Source: the human T2T-CHM13v2.0 reference genome, Homo sapiens. From it: a stretch of 64,000 nt of DNA. Positions 42,947-59,560 of the stretch are shown in pieces. How positions within the stretch are numbered: the stretch's first letter is position 1; every line of letters begins with the position of its first letter. The notes beneath the pieces were generated by a model. It saw nothing but the letters and a program-made list of their open reading frames with translations, was not told the DNA's origin and searched no databases. The DNA lies in NCBI RefSeq assembly GCF_009914755.1, contig NC_060928.1, one strand, 5' to 3'. Position numbers and translations under genes: made by a program.

Positions 42947-43511
42947 GAGACCCGAATAAGTGAAATGCCCAGTCATACATACATTTTGTTAGTGGCAAAG
43001 CAGGGCCAGCTTCCTGATCTCTCAATTCTCAGTCAGCCCATTGTTCTTTTGAATTTTCTCTAGTCATTAAAAAAAAAAAGTTAATGACATAATAACCCTT
43101 ACTTTTTGAGAGGATAAATTACTTTTAATTCACTGCAACTCACCAGATTACTCTTAATATTGCAGTAGGGGAAAGATGCAGAGAAAAAAAGAATAGTTTG
43201 ATATTATTACTAGTTTTGCTTTTCTACTCAGTGGAAATCCGTGCCAAGTATAGAAGCAAAGTTGTAAAGGAGAACTAGGAATGTTGACAGCAAACTAACT
43301 TAGAGACCTCCCAGTTAAAACTTCAAACTACACACCTTGATCTGGATTTGTTAGTTGGATGCTTCTACAATAAACTCATATTTTTAAGAAAATGATAGAT
43401 ATGGACATTAGTATGCTTTACAAATCCTTACATAATTTACATTATGATTCAAATAAAATAGGTTAAAGCCAAGTTAAGAGCATTAATATGATTTAAAAAT
43501 GTGAAAGGCAA

Positions 43512-43792
43512 GGCTGGGCATGGTGGCTTATGCCTGTATTCCCAGGGAGGATCGCTTGAGGCCAGGAGTTCAAGACCACCCTAGGCAACATAGTAAGATT
43601 TTTGTCTGTAAAAAAATTTTAAAACAATTAGCCAGGTGTAGTGGTAATGCCTGTAGCCCCAGCTACTCAGGAGGCTGAGGCAGGAGGATCACTTTAGCCT
43701 GGGAGTTTGAGGCTCCAGTGAGCTATGATTGCACTATTGCACTCCAGTCTGGACAACAGAGGGAGACCCTGTCTTCCCACAAAAAAGAAAAA
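43512..43792 (+). mobile_element. AluJ with small left-arm deletion
   Basis: 'gcctgtattcccagggaggatcgcttgaggcc' lacks the cactttgggaggccgagg segment. Confidence 0.9.
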
Positions 43793-44246
43793 GCAAACGG
43801 CAGCAGTAGCACTGTGCTTGGATCTAGGAGTGCTTATTGCCATCAAATGTTGGGGAATAAACCTTACAGAGCAATGGAGGTAAGGTAGAAAAGGGAACAC
43901 ACCCAATTTGTGATTTGAGGAAAGATATTAAGGATATAAGTAACAGAAATTGCCCTCAGTGCCTTTTTTTTAAAAATTTTATGTTTTCAGAGCAGTTGTT
44001 AGCTAAAAAGGAAGTGATAACCAACATCCACTCATCCTTATTGTTTTATCACTGTACTAAAGCATGGACAGCTAATATATATCTAGCAAACAATGAGTTG
44101 TTAAACGCCTCTACTTAAGAACCACTTTCTCATTTAGGAAAAGTGAACTGATTTTTCTCATGGCCAAAAAAACAATCCAGAACAGAAATAGAAGACAGCC
44201 ATTCCTCTGATATAATAGAGAAGTCTATTAAGAAAAAAGAGGGGCT

Positions 44247-44620
<374 letters not shown>

Positions 44621-44689
44621 TTAAATTGCTTTGAATGTCATTGATGTGTCTCAGTGCAAAAGTTACCTTTTCAGAGAAATGTGCCTCCA

Positions 44690-44912
44690 GCATCGTAACT
44701 AAACTTTGTCCTTCCACATTCCTGTCATTATCAGGTTATTCTGTGTAATATTTCATAGCAATTATACATTTTAAAAATTGTCTATTTTCTCTCCTTGAGA
44801 ACATATACACCATGAGAACAGACACTTTTTCCATCTCATTCACTACTGGATTCCCAGAACCTAAAACAGTTCCTAAAACACACTAGGTACTTAAAACTTT
44901 TGTTGAATGATT
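44690..44912 (+). mobile_element. L2 3' end remnant
   Basis: 'cattcactactggattcccagaacctaaaacagttcctaaaacacactaggtactt..tgttgaatga'. Confidence 0.7.
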
Positions 44913-47324
44913 AAATACAGTATTCCAAATGCATAGAAGAATCTATATGTCAGAGCTTTACAAACTTTCACTTTTAGCATGTTGGTAATTTTTTCGTAGC
45001 ACTACTAGACCAAAGGAAATATATAACTTTTTCATTTATTAGATAATTATGTCCAAACAACTTAATAAGCATTTATATCTAAAAAACTTAGGAGCCCTTA
45101 GGGAAAAATATACAGAAATTTAAGGAAAATAATGTTTTATGTCATTCTTAACCAGTTACTTACAAATGTAATATATGCTTCTGTTGTGGACTTCATAACT
45201 TCTCAAACAATAGGATCAGATTGGACACTGCTCTTCATGTTCTGTTCCACAGTGATTCTAAGAATGGCTTTCTATTACAGCAACTACTAAAAATCCAACT
45301 TTGCAAAAAATATGATGTCAATAAAATTAATGTAGTGTGATCTACTGTTGAAACTGTGAACTGTCTCATCTAGTAGTCTGTGTGGTATCCAACAGATATT
45401 CAACAAAGCTGTATTTTCTTTGAAAATTTAAACTATCCCACAGTACCCTGAGAACCATAATTTAAATGGGTTAAGTTTACTTCATTTTTTTATATGGTAC
45501 ATTGAAAGCCTGAATGTTCAGGGAAGAGGCTCAGATTCTTCTTTGTAAGCTGGGAGGAAGAAAAACAAGCCATGAGCTACAAGAAGCAACCTAGGATTAG
45601 GGCACTATTAGCAGATCAGGGTCAGAAACATTGACCTGGAGAAATCAGTCGTAGTCAATACTTAAGAAATCAGAATCCGGGCATATTAAAAAATACTAGA
45701 GCCGAATTAGACTGCTAAACAAATCAAGAACCTTTAAATTAGAACAGACAAGGCTAGCATGAGTTGATTTTGGTATCAAAACTTAGTGTTAATTATAAAG
45801 TATTAATATCATGTTGAGTAGGGTTTCCCTGCATTGAAAATGAGATTGAGCTAGATGACCTATAAGATCCCTGGTAAATCTCTTGTAAAATGATCTACAT
45901 AAAAGAGCAGTATTTTTTAGAATTGTGAATCTTTACTGCCAGAAGGAAACTTAGACATTTTCTGCTTAAATTCCCGCTACATCATTCTAGTTATAATGAA
46001 GCTTAGTCTAGCAATTGCTTTTATGTGCAAATATGAAACAATCATTCTGAAATTCAAACAGCTTATTTTTAATGAACAAGGAAAGCCTACAGTTTCTATG
46101 ACTTAAAGCTTTTTAGTGTTGATTTCAATTGTGTAATAAAATCTGTAATCTTAATATTTATATAAATCTAAATTAGAATTTGTAAAAATAGTCAAGCTTA
46201 TAAAAGTCTCATATAAAAGTATGAGAGTAATACTAACTGAATTGCATTACATTTGACCATATGCTAGCCTTTATAAGTGTTATCTAAATCTTAACTCTCT
46301 AATCAGCCGCTACCAATTAAATGGAGTTGAAACATCTCTGACCTATAACAACCTATAGCAAGATGTGCACTAGTATATTTAATATATACTGACACCAGAC
46401 TTCAGCAATTTTGTCAAGACCTTTGTAAGGTTTTCTTGTATTCTGTTACCTTATTTCCTAAGCCCTATCTCTGATCAATCTGTTTTCAAGCTTACAAATA
46501 AGAAATTATTGCTAATTTTTTGGGGTGTGATATCATGATTATGTTTTTTTTTTTAAAAAAAATCTTTATAAGAGATACATACTGACATATTTCAAGGTGA
46601 AATAATATGATTGTCTGGAATTTTCTTTAAGATTAAAACAGAGTTCATTCTTAAAAATGCCTATTTTGGTGTTAACTGAATTGAATTGAATTGAAAAAAA
46701 TATGCCTTACAAGTTTTATTTCATATTTACCCTACCACCCTACCTATATTTTTACATGCATTATTAAGGGAATGCTCTTTATAGTGTGCAGTTTCTACCT
46801 CAAATCTCCGCATACTGCATAATCTTGCTTCTCACTCCCTGCCCCCACCCACCGCAGCCAAGATCTAAGTCCCTTTTCCACAAGCCAGTAAAAAAAATTA
46901 ATGAATTTATGGTTACTTTTAGTATAGCATGAAGCCCACCCTGACAGAGCTATGCTGTGATCTTTTCAAGTTAGATTAAGGGCTCACTAAGCAGGGCATG
47001 CCCATTAAATTATAATGTTGTAAAGCTTGAATTCTGGAACACATACTGCTGGCATTTTAGTTTTTAATAGGATTATCCCTACTATGAAATAATTTGAGAA
47101 CATATGTTATATTCCTGTGAAACTGTGGGTTGATTTGGTATGAAAAGAGATGAGCTGCTTTTCTCTCTGTGTCCAAAAACTATTTGTTTTTAATACTCCG
47201 GAGATTATAAGACATATACAGAAAATGAGCATCTCATGAAGCATTTTGATCCTTATTAATCTTACATAATAATGTTTTCTTATTCATGTACTTGAAATAT
47301 AACAGTAAAAGCACATCTTAACTG

Positions 47325-47730
47325 TATAAGTCTGAAAAAGGCAAAACTATGGAGACAGTGAAAAGATCAGTGGTTGCCGGACTACTGGGAGGAGGTAGAG
47401 ATGAACAGGTGGAGCACAGAGGATATTTAGGGCAATGAACATCCCCGTACGATACTACAATGGTAGATATATGTCATTATATATTTGTCCAAACCCATAG
47501 AATGTATACCACTAAGAATGAACCCTAATATAAACTCTGGACTTTGAGTTATGATGTGTCAATGTAGGTTCATCACTATTAACAAAGGTACCACTGTGGT
47601 TCATGATGCTGACAATGAGAAAGGCTGTCAAGGGGAGGGGAGCAAGAGTTAGGTGGATATATAGCAAATTTCTACAGCTTCTGCTTAATTTTATTATGAA
47701 CCTAAAACTGCTCTAAAAAATAAAGTCTAT
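47325..47730 (+). mobile_element. L1MC1-like 3' end
   Basis: 'aaaggcaaaactatggagacagtgaaaagatcagtggttgcc'...'gaacctaaaactgctctaaaaaataaagtctat'. Confidence 0.88.
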
Positions 47731-47957
47731 AACACACTCACATGTTTTAATATTTTTGGTGTTTTTTTTTTCTGAACTGCCCAAGGGTTTAACAACTCTG
47801 TGGCCTATAAAATGTCTTCTATTCAACATATCCTCACCAAGAAAGTATATTCATATATGAAATAAACTTACTGGAGTCTTTTGCATTTCCAAAATTTGAG
47901 CTGGATTTTTCTTTTTATTTCTACCACGTTTGTTTTTACTTTTTATTATTTCTGCTT

Positions 47958-47962
47958 TTATC

Positions 47963-48020
<58 letters not shown>
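47958..48020. repeat. (TATC)n tetranucleotide STR forming the Alu tail
   Basis: About 15 units with one interruption. Confidence 0.96.
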
Positions 48021-48318
<298 letters not shown>

Positions 48319-49160
48319 TGATATATTGGATCAAATACTTGTTGTTTATTTTTCCATGCTTCTTGTTTTCCAATGAATGTATCTTATAAAAGCTGTAGAC
48401 ATTTTTCTGAGACCTGCTTTGGTTGTATCTCATAAGTATTGATATATCATGTTCTCCTTGTTCTTCATTTCTTAATAGTAGTGCTTTTGTTCTGATTAAT
48501 ATTTTAGAGTATTTATGAAGTATTTTTTATTTTTAGGTGTTTATTGTTGGGATGAGTTTAAGGACAGTTTTTGTTGCATTGTGAGCAGAATCTCTAATCC
48601 AGTGTATGATCAATTTCATAAGTGTTCATGGGCATTTAAGAATGTATATTCTGCCTAAGCTGGACACAAAGTTCATACCTGTGTGCATGTGTGTATCTAT
48701 TCATAAATAAAACATCTTTAGATTCTGCTGAAGCATCTAAAATCATTAGGCCTGTAATCCACCTGGCAACAATTGGCTAGATCCAAGTAGGAAACCTGCC
48801 TTCACATACATTTAGGGAGGTTGATCCCTTCTCAGCTCCAGCCAGTTGTACACATACATGTAAACATTTATAGATCACCTTGTTAATTATTTAAACATTC
48901 AGTCCTCTGACCTATAGATTGTGATTTAATTGCAAAATGTGTATTTTAGCTTCCCTTGTCGATGATGGCTTTTCAGAGTCTTTTTTTCTAACACTATTTG
49001 TTTTACATATTTTGATACTTTGCTGTTCTGTCCATAAAAATTCACAACTGCTGCATCCCTGTAGAATCGAGCTTTCACTAGCTATTTAATATTTTAGCCT
49101 TGAGTTCTTTCATCTGATATTAATATTGCAACTTTTGTTTCCTTTTGTTAACTTTACCTG

Positions 49161-49537
49161 TGTATTAGTCTGTTTTCATACTGCTGGTAAAGACATACCC
49201 GAGACTGGATAATTTATACAGGAAAGAGGTTTAATGGATTTATAGTTCCACATGGCTGGGGAGGCCTCACAATAATGACGAAAGACAAGGGAGAGCAAGT
49301 CGTGTCTTACATGGATAGCAGCAGGCAAAGAGAGAGAGAGCGAGCTTGTGCAGGGAAACTCCTGTTTTTAAAACCATCAGATCTCGTGAGATTTATTCAC
49401 CATTGTGAGAACAGCACAGGAAAGAATTGACCCCATGATTCAGTTACCTCCCACTGGGTTCCTCCCATGACATGTGGGAATTGTGGAAGTTACAATTCAA
49501 GATGAGATTTGGGTGGGGACACAGCCAAACCATATTG
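49161..49537 (-). mobile_element. THE1 (B-like) solo LTR
   Basis: tgtattagtc...ccaaaccatattg; TSD acctg at 49156 and 49538. Confidence 0.95.
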
Positions 49538-49811
49538 ACCTGGAATGTTGATATTCACTCTTATTTCCATTTTTTGTCATATCATTTTTATTTTAGCTGA
49601 TTTTTATGTTTTTATTATTATTAAATCTGAGCATTCATATCTTTTGGTAGCCAAATACAACATTTGCCAGGTCTGGTTTTATTTAGGCAATGTATCTTTT
49701 TCCTTTATTCTTCATGTTTTCTTACTGTCTTTAGTTTCTGTTTTCCTGAATTTTGCCAAATTGATCATATTTCTTTGCTCTCCAACCCCCTTACTTTTGG
49801 CTTCTGGTATA

Positions 49812-49940
49812 AAGGTCACAAACTGATGGTCCTTGGGCCAGAAAACCACAGATATGTATTGATTAGGCCATATACTCCTAAAACATCTTTTTAAATTATT
49901 TGCCAACTTTCAAAAAGCTACAGATTTATACATCAGTAAT
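49812..49940. mobile_element. MER102-like hAT fragment (related fragment near 48700-48850)
   Basis: 'ggtcacaaactgatggtccttgggcca', 'ttgccaactttcaaaaa'; 'ggcaacaattggctag' near 48775. Confidence 0.45.
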
Positions 49941-50169
49941 TTTTGGAAATGGGTAAGAGGAAATTGAATTGGATGTGCATTTAGTTTGGATTGGGAGCTA
50001 TATTTATATGACATACAGTCACTTCTATGTATAGAGGATCGGCTTCCAAGAAGTTCCTGCAGTCACCAGGCTAACTCCATTTCTTCTGAGGCAAGAAAAG
50101 CTCCAGTGCCTCAAAAAGATTGACTTGGGTATGGAGAAAGGTTGAAGAGGAAATGATAAGAGACAGAGA

Positions 50170-50173
<4 letters not shown>

Positions 50174-50213
<40 letters not shown>

Positions 50214-50222
50214 TGTGTGTGC
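50174..50222. repeat. (GT)n microsatellite
   Basis: Seen directly in the sequence. Confidence 0.97.
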
Positions 50223-50442
50223 GTCTGGGTTCAGCAGAGGAGGCCAAGTTTGTCAGTATAGGCTCACAGACACCAGGATTTAATAGTCATACCTATCATG
50301 TTAGGTAGTTAGTTAATTTCTTTCCCACTACCTCAACTTTTTTCTTGTTATTTTTTTTTCTCCTGTCCTATTTTTTTCCCTGTTGGAACTTGTAAATAAA
50401 TAATTGGAGTAAATATCACACAAGGATAGTTGTGTTCATATA

Positions 50443-53015
<2,573 letters not shown>

Positions 53016-53016
53016 C

Positions 53017-53128
53017 TTGTTCTTACTTATAAGTGGGAGCTAAACATTGAGTACACATAGACACAAAGAAGGGAACAGTAGACACCAGGGCCTACTTAAG
53101 GGTGTAGGGTAAAAGGAGGGTGAAAATT
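53017..53128 (+). mobile_element. Short L1P 3' UTR fragment
   Basis: 'tgttcttacttataagtgggagctaaacattgagtacacatagacacaaagaagggaaca'. Confidence 0.8.
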
Positions 53129-53200
53129 CTTCATTGACATGGCTTTCACGGAAGATTATTAAATCCTTTTATTGTACTTACATAGAAATTTACAAATACC

Positions 53201-53563
53201 TGTATTAGTCCATTTCACACTGCTGATAAAGACATACCCGAGACTGGGCAATTTACAAAGGAAAGAGGTTTAATGGACTTGCAGTTATACATGGCTGGGG
53301 AGGCCTCACAATTATGGTGGAAGGCAAGGAGAGCAAGTCACATCTTATGTGGATGGCGGCAGGCAAGAAGAGAGCTTGTGCAAGGAAACTCTCATTTTTA
53401 AAACAACCAGATCCCATGAGATTTACTATCACAAGAACAGCACAGGAAAGACCCACCCCCATAATTCAATCACCTCCCACCAGGTTCCTCCCAGGACACG
53501 TGGGAATTGTGGGAGTTATAATTCAAGATGAGATTTGGGTGGGGACACAGCCAAACCATATCA
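53201..53563 (-). mobile_element. THE1B solo LTR
   Basis: tgtattagtc...ccaaaccatatca; TSD atacc at 53196 and 53564. Confidence 0.95.
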
Positions 53564-53835
53564 ATACCATTTAGGCAGTTTTGCCTGATGTCACTGATTT
53601 TGGGGGAGCTTTCTAACCTTTAAGAATCTTGGGTTTGAAATTTTTCCCAAGTCTGAACATGAAGAAAAAGTGAAAAATATGTTTAAGCCTATAAAGCAAA
53701 ATGATGGATTTTATAAATGTGTATGACACAAAATGCAAAAATATTTGAAATTATTCCACACATAGGCAAAGCAAGGAAGAGAATATTCAAAATTGATGTC
53801 AATTGCTATTGATGCATAATAGTTGCCCAATAATA

Positions 53836-54511
53836 TGGTCAATTCTCATTATTCGTAGTAGTTATGTTTTATGAAGTCACTACAAACACTGAGTTGGCAA
53901 ATACTGAACCACTGCTCCTGGGGAAATATAGGGTTAGGTTCTTGCAAGCCTCTGGTCCCATTTTTATCAACTGATAGCCTTATTTTATATGTGCTTCTAT
54001 TTAAAGACATCTTATTTAATATATATAGTTGATTCATTTACACTGAGTTCACAGCCAACAGCACCATAATGCATGCCTGAACAAACCTTATCTAACATAA
54101 ATTTTCTCTATAAGGCACATCACAGCCTTCTTGTACTTAGGAAAACTAGACAGCATTTCAGCACTGGCAGCCATTTTAATAGCAAAATCACCCAAAAAAG
54201 GCACAAAAATTTGAAAAATGTAGAACTAAATGGACCATGAGAAGGATACTTGTTTATAATATGAGAGCTGAAACAAGAAAGATAGTCATCTTGTTCCACC
54301 TCAGCTAGGACTGCTTCTCGACCTTTTGGCTAAGATCAAGTGCAACCTCAGCTAGGAACATGTAATCAGGTGACTCAAATATTTCACTGCTCTGTACATA
54401 TTCACAAATTACTACAAATGCAACTCAAGAATGGATTTTTGAGTTACAAATAAATTCTAGCAAGTAGGCAAATGCACAAATATAGAATCTGCAAATAATG
54501 AGAATTGACTG
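53836..54511. mobile_element. MER82 (Tigger-family non-autonomous element)
   Basis: TA-flanked inverted termini gtcaattctcattatt / aataatgagaattgac. Confidence 0.85.
54310..54344 (+). pseudogene. 3'-truncated tailless U2 snRNA retropseudogene (U2 nt 1-35)
   Basis: actgcttctcgaccttttggctaagatcaagtgca matches 31/35 to ATCGCTTCTCGGCCTTTTGGCTAAGATCAAGTGTA; TSD acctcagctagg at 54298 and 54345. Confidence 0.93.
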
Positions 54512-55009
54512 TATCTCATCCATTCTACTCTAGGCCTTGGAGATATCAAGACGGAATGAGTGCAAACGTTGTTAAATGAATTTTATTAGGGTGATAGTGT
54601 TAAAGAATAAAGGGTAGTTTTCTTCTTACAAGTTTTTTAAAGTAATGAAATGACTTAAAATGACATGTTAAAATTATGATTTAATTTGATGAAATCAAAT
54701 TAAGAAGTAAATAAGTATCTATTATGGGTAACATGACTTCTGTATAAAGTTCATCAATATATTGTTTGATTCATTCTTCTGCTGTAATGAGCATGCAGTA
54801 TTCTCTGATTTTTTTAATGAAAAGAAAAATGGGTAATTATGTTGGGAACAAAAATTTAAAGTAAATAAAATTAAAACCAAATTTTGATGACAGATTTAGA
54901 AAAATTATCTGCACCAAGATTACATAAAATCCACTGTTATTTTCTTGTGATAATTAGCATCATTTTATAACTTCTCTTTTAAAAATTTTCTTTTCCAAGA
55001 GCCATTCAG

Positions 55010-55285
55010 TGGGTGCTTATGAAGTCAAACCTATGAGTCCTGACAGACCTGGTTAGACTTCTACTTTTCTATTTACTAGCTGTGTGACTTGGGCAAATTT
55101 ATTAACATTTGTAAGCACACTCTTAACTTCATTGTCAAATATAGATAATGAAGGATATCCCTAATTGTAAAATGAATATAATGAAGGATATAATTTATTC
55201 TTATTGTAAAATGAGGATAATGTTTATGAGGATGAAATGGGATAGTACAGTATATAAAAACTACTTAGACTAAAGCTTGGCACAT
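55010..55285 (+). mobile_element. MIR SINE with internal micro-duplications
   Basis: 'tttactagctgtgtgacttgggcaaatttattaac'...'tgtaaaatgaggataat'. Confidence 0.75.
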
Positions 55286-55574
55286 CATGATATTGTTTGT
55301 TTGGTTTGCTTGTTTTGTCAGAGAAGGTATCTCTCTAAATACTTGAATATGTTTCTACTGCCTTCATATGTAAATGCAGCTGTGTAAAGTATTCTTAAGC
55401 CACAATTCTCTCTTCAAATGTTGCTCCATTATGTGGCATATAATACTGTAGAGTGATCTGAGGCCAACCTCTTTTCTATACTTGTGCATAACCTGTTATC
55501 CTGCCTTCATGCCTTAATACTTAAAGTGTTCTGTCTGATCAAAACCTTTGCCTGTTTATTCATTTTTTTCTTAG

Positions 55575-55624
55575 GATACCTAAAGGCAGTAGAATCTTTT
55601 TGTTTGTTATTTTTACCATACCAG
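55575..55624 (+). other. Candidate 50-nt cassette exon or recursive splice site
   Basis: tttatcatttttttcttag|GATACC...TACCAG|gtgagt; splice motifs only. Confidence 0.25.
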
Positions 55625-56094
55625 GTGAGTTCTTTGAAATATAATTTATAACTATTTTCTGTCTAGTAATATTTCCTTCCTTCAAAACAATTTACATTTT
55701 GAATAAAATTTTCCTTCCATATATTCTGGTCTTGTCTTCAGGAACACTGGTTATCCATAAGTTTACATTTCATCATCTATTCACCATACTCCTCATATTT
55801 CTCTTCCCTTTAACTTCTTTTTTCTCTCTGTCCTCTTCTTTGCATTCAGGAGGTTCTCTTAAGCCATAATCCAGTTTTTCTGCAATAGTAATCTGCTTCT
55901 TAACATTTATAATGTGGCGTTTGCTATGTTTGTAAAGCTATAATAACACCACATTGCTATAAAGATTGTCATATATCTGGGATCACGTAGGATGTATCTG
56001 GAATCAGGAGTAAGCCAAGAAGTCTCTGATCTCTTGAAGTAGTTGGGCAAACACCCTACACTCTAGTGTGAGGTGAGTAGATGTGAAGGATAAG

Positions 56095-56270
56095 CAACTT
56101 ACATTTACTGAAGGCCACTGGTTTGCTGGGACTCTGCTGCAGTACTATTTATTTCTCACAATAGTCCTACAAATACTATTGTTATTTACATTTTACAGAT
56201 GAAAGGCAAATACTCAGAAGTATTTGACAAGGTCAGACAGCTAATGAATGGGCCAAATATGAAATACCAA
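56095..56270 (-). mobile_element. MIR SINE
   Basis: 'cattttacagatgaaaggcaaatactcagaag..tttgacaaggtcagacagcta'. Confidence 0.7.
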
Positions 56271-56709
56271 AACATTTGTTCCTTTCACAATATTTTTCAT
56301 CTCATATGGCAACATGCATTTCCCTGAGAAAAGCTCCCATTTGGTTTTTCAGTCATAATTTATTTTTCCTTCTTGTTGGTACTATTCTCAAATGGCTGGC
56401 CTCCAGTTCTACAGGGGAAATATTGAATGTAGAAAATGTTAAAATAAACATTGATAGCATCAAGAAGTTCTTGCCAATAGCTTAAGAGTCAGAGAGGAGA
56501 TAGAAAAAGTATAAAAAGCAGACTAAATTTACTGATTCTCATAAAAATTAGAATATGTATCTCTATAACCTGAGGGCATTATTATAATGCTATATTATTT
56601 ATAATTGATACTCATAAATATGACACAGTCATTAAGAAAAGATGAAATTATGTTCAAGTTTTTTAAAGAAGGCTAGGAAACATGTAACTGACAAGAAATT
56701 TCAAAGTTG

Positions 56710-57200
56710 TAAAAAATGTTTTGGGTTATTTGTAATAGCAGAAAAAATTGAAATATCCCAAATGACTATCCACAGGAGAATGGACAAATTATATCATAGC
56801 TCTAAAATGGAATACTAAGAGTAGTGAAAAAAAAAATGCAACTCCATGTGTCAACATGGATGCAACTTGAAAACATAATGTTGTATGAAAAATGCAAGAA
56901 TTATACATATAATTCCATTTATATGAAGTTTAGGAAACTTCAAATCTGAATGATATATTATTAGAAATACATATCTATGTGGTAAAACTCAAAAGAAAAC
57001 CAATAGAATGGTAAACACAAAATTCAGTATAGTGGTTATTTCAGGGCTGGGAAAGGTGAGGGAGATACAGTTGGTTAGGGATATGTACATAGGACTTCAA
57101 AAATACTACTAATTTTTTGTTTTTGTAAAGCTGGATAATGGATACTTCAGTAGTTTTTATCATCACCATTATTATTTATAACTCATGTAGTTTAAAATGT
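56710..57200 (+). mobile_element. L1ME-type 3' fragment
   Basis: 'ttatttgtaatagcagaaaa', 'caacatggatgcaacttgaaaacataatgttg', 'attccatttatatgaagtt'. Confidence 0.75.
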
Positions 57201-57759
57201 ATTTCTATTTATGAACCAAAAAAACTGGTTCTTAAGAGTATATTTTAGTTATCTGGTAGTATTTAGTTATCAGAAATTTTCCAAAAATGTCAGATTGGTG
57301 ATTCATTATTGTTATTATTACAATGTAAAACATAAACAGATGGCTATATCAGGAAGCTTGCTTTTAAAATAATATTCATTTATTTAAATAAAGAAACTTT
57401 TCTATTAAATAGAGTTTGGATAACAGTATTTATTAGATAGTTTTTATGAAAAGGAATTATTCAAAATAGAATAATCCCCTAAATTATAGTATGTCTTCTA
57501 AAAATTCTGGTGCTTTGGGTTAGTGAAGAGTAAATTTCAGTAACAAAACATTGTGTTAAATTTTAGAGAAAGCGTCACCTAATTCAGAGGATTTATATGT
57601 CATGATTATTTAATGTTAATTACCTGAGGGCATTGTAGAAATTTCTGTTAAATACCTGAGGGTGTTGTAGAAATTCATGGAGGACATTTTTTTACCCTCT
57701 AGTAATCATGACTGAGCATCTACACATTGCAATACTTATTCTATTCTAAAATACTGATT

Positions 57760-58123
57760 CTTTTTTTCTTCAACCTTTATTTTAAGTTCAAGGGTACATG
57801 TGCAGTATACGCAGGTTTGCTACATAAGTGAACGTGTGCCATGTTGGTTTGTGGCACAGATCATCCCATCACCTAGGAATTAAGCCGAGCATCAATTAGC
57901 TATTTTTCCTGATGCTCTCCACCCTCCCTTCCAACAGGCCCCCTGTGTGTGTTGCTCCCCTGCCATGTGTCCATGTGTTGTCATCGTTCAGCTCCCGTTT
58001 ATAAGTGAGAACATGCAGTGTTTGGTTTTCTGTTCCTGTGTTAGTTTCTGATAATGATGGCTTGCAGTTCCATCCATGTCCCTGCAAAGGACATGGTCTC
58101 GTTCCTTTTTTATGGCTGCATAG
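57760..58123 (-). mobile_element. 5'-truncated L1PA (about PA10-13) 3' end
   Basis: L1 3' UTR sequence; TSD taaaatactgatt at 57747 and 58124. Confidence 0.93.
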
Positions 58124-59379
58124 TAAAATACTGATTTTATTTCTCCTTCATATTACAGCTATTATATTTATTTTTATTTAGATTACATAGGTCAATAAGC
58201 TAAATTCAATAATTGAAAAGGGATATTATAAAATATTTATTGTAAAAGGGTGTTAAAACTGATAGGGCTAAGAAAAAACTAATCTGAAACCCATATGGAA
58301 TATGTGGACTAATTTTTCTGAAGGGTTAAGATCAAGCCAGAAATCTCTAAGAAAAATTACATGAAGATTTAGAAGCTTTATGTATTTCTCCACTGTGTTT
58401 TTATTTTAATTGCATTATAACCCATAATTAATAATCTAATGCAGATTGACATCCATGAATAAGAAAAAATCTATTACTTTTCATTTCTTGTTTATGAATA
58501 AAAGGATTCAGCTTCCCTTTTATTAAAACTCGAGAAGGCACATCTATTTTGAAAGGTTTTCTAATATATTTTTCATTGAGAATTTTTTAATACACAATTA
58601 TTTTTAATTTCATCTGTCATTTTGGGAGGGAATAGAATGTAAGATTCTGTTTGGTTTTTATTGTTTTTTAACAGGTGGTTTGGGAACAGAGTATACTCTG
58701 ATGCCTTGTATCAGGATCGCTCTTTTATGCAAAATGCTTTACTTTTCCTGGAAACTAATCTCCTTAAAAGCTAATACCCAAATCAAACAATGTACCCTTT
58801 TCAGTGCTGAATAAAAATGGGTCAGGAAGGGATTAAAAAACTGGCATTGCACTAAAGTGAGGCAATGAAAGTTTTACTTTTCAAGCTCCCCTTGTTATAT
58901 GAGAATTTATAAATTACCAGTAATTTAGCCTCCATTCTTCTGCCTCTTCTTCTTTCCCTCCCCCTATGTAAGCCATTATTGTTATTACATGTATGAAACA
59001 CTGTTTTTTTAAGAAATTTTCCCATTACATCTGTTAGAAATTTAGAATGTCAATCAGCATTGAATCCAGTTTGCATCATCTGTATATTTAATCAGTGAAA
59101 AAACTTAGGCTGATTTTGCATTATATTTACTACTTCAGTTTCTGCCTGTGTCCCTTTTTCATTCATCTCCTTTTTCCTTAGTGTCTGATGATCAACACTG
59201 TGTCCTTAATAGGTGTCAAGTTTACTGAAGTGTTTGATTCAATAAACATATCTGAAAATCTAGGTACAAAGACTTGTAACAGTTGGTATAGAGTTGAATA
59301 AATATAAGAGTTTGCAGTCTTATTGAAAATCCCTCAAAATAAGACTAACTTAGATATCTCCAGTACAAATGAAAATAGG

Positions 59380-59560
59380 TATCTGACTGTGGAGAGAGTA
59401 TCTAAACTTTTTGAGCTTCTTTTATTCATATGGAAAATGGAGGACAAATGCAGACCTTTATATAGTTTTCTATAGTTAGTTTTCAGTACAGGAGATAAGG
59501 TATACAAGGTTCTTAGCATAGTACTGCCATGTAGGAGGATTCCAATAAATGGTTTATATT
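59380..59560 (+). mobile_element. MIR remnant
   Basis: 'ttttattcatatggaaaatggagga'...'cttagcatagtactgccatgtaggaggattccaataaatgg'. Confidence 0.6.

Noticed and set aside
54681-54703. Perfect 10-bp hairpin ttaatttgat-gaa-atcaaattaa
   Set aside because: Short and AT-rich; plausible by chance in 64 kb
58675-58780. Coding exons after strong acceptors at 58674 and 42120
   Set aside because: No nearby consensus donor; frames close quickly and match no protein I recognise
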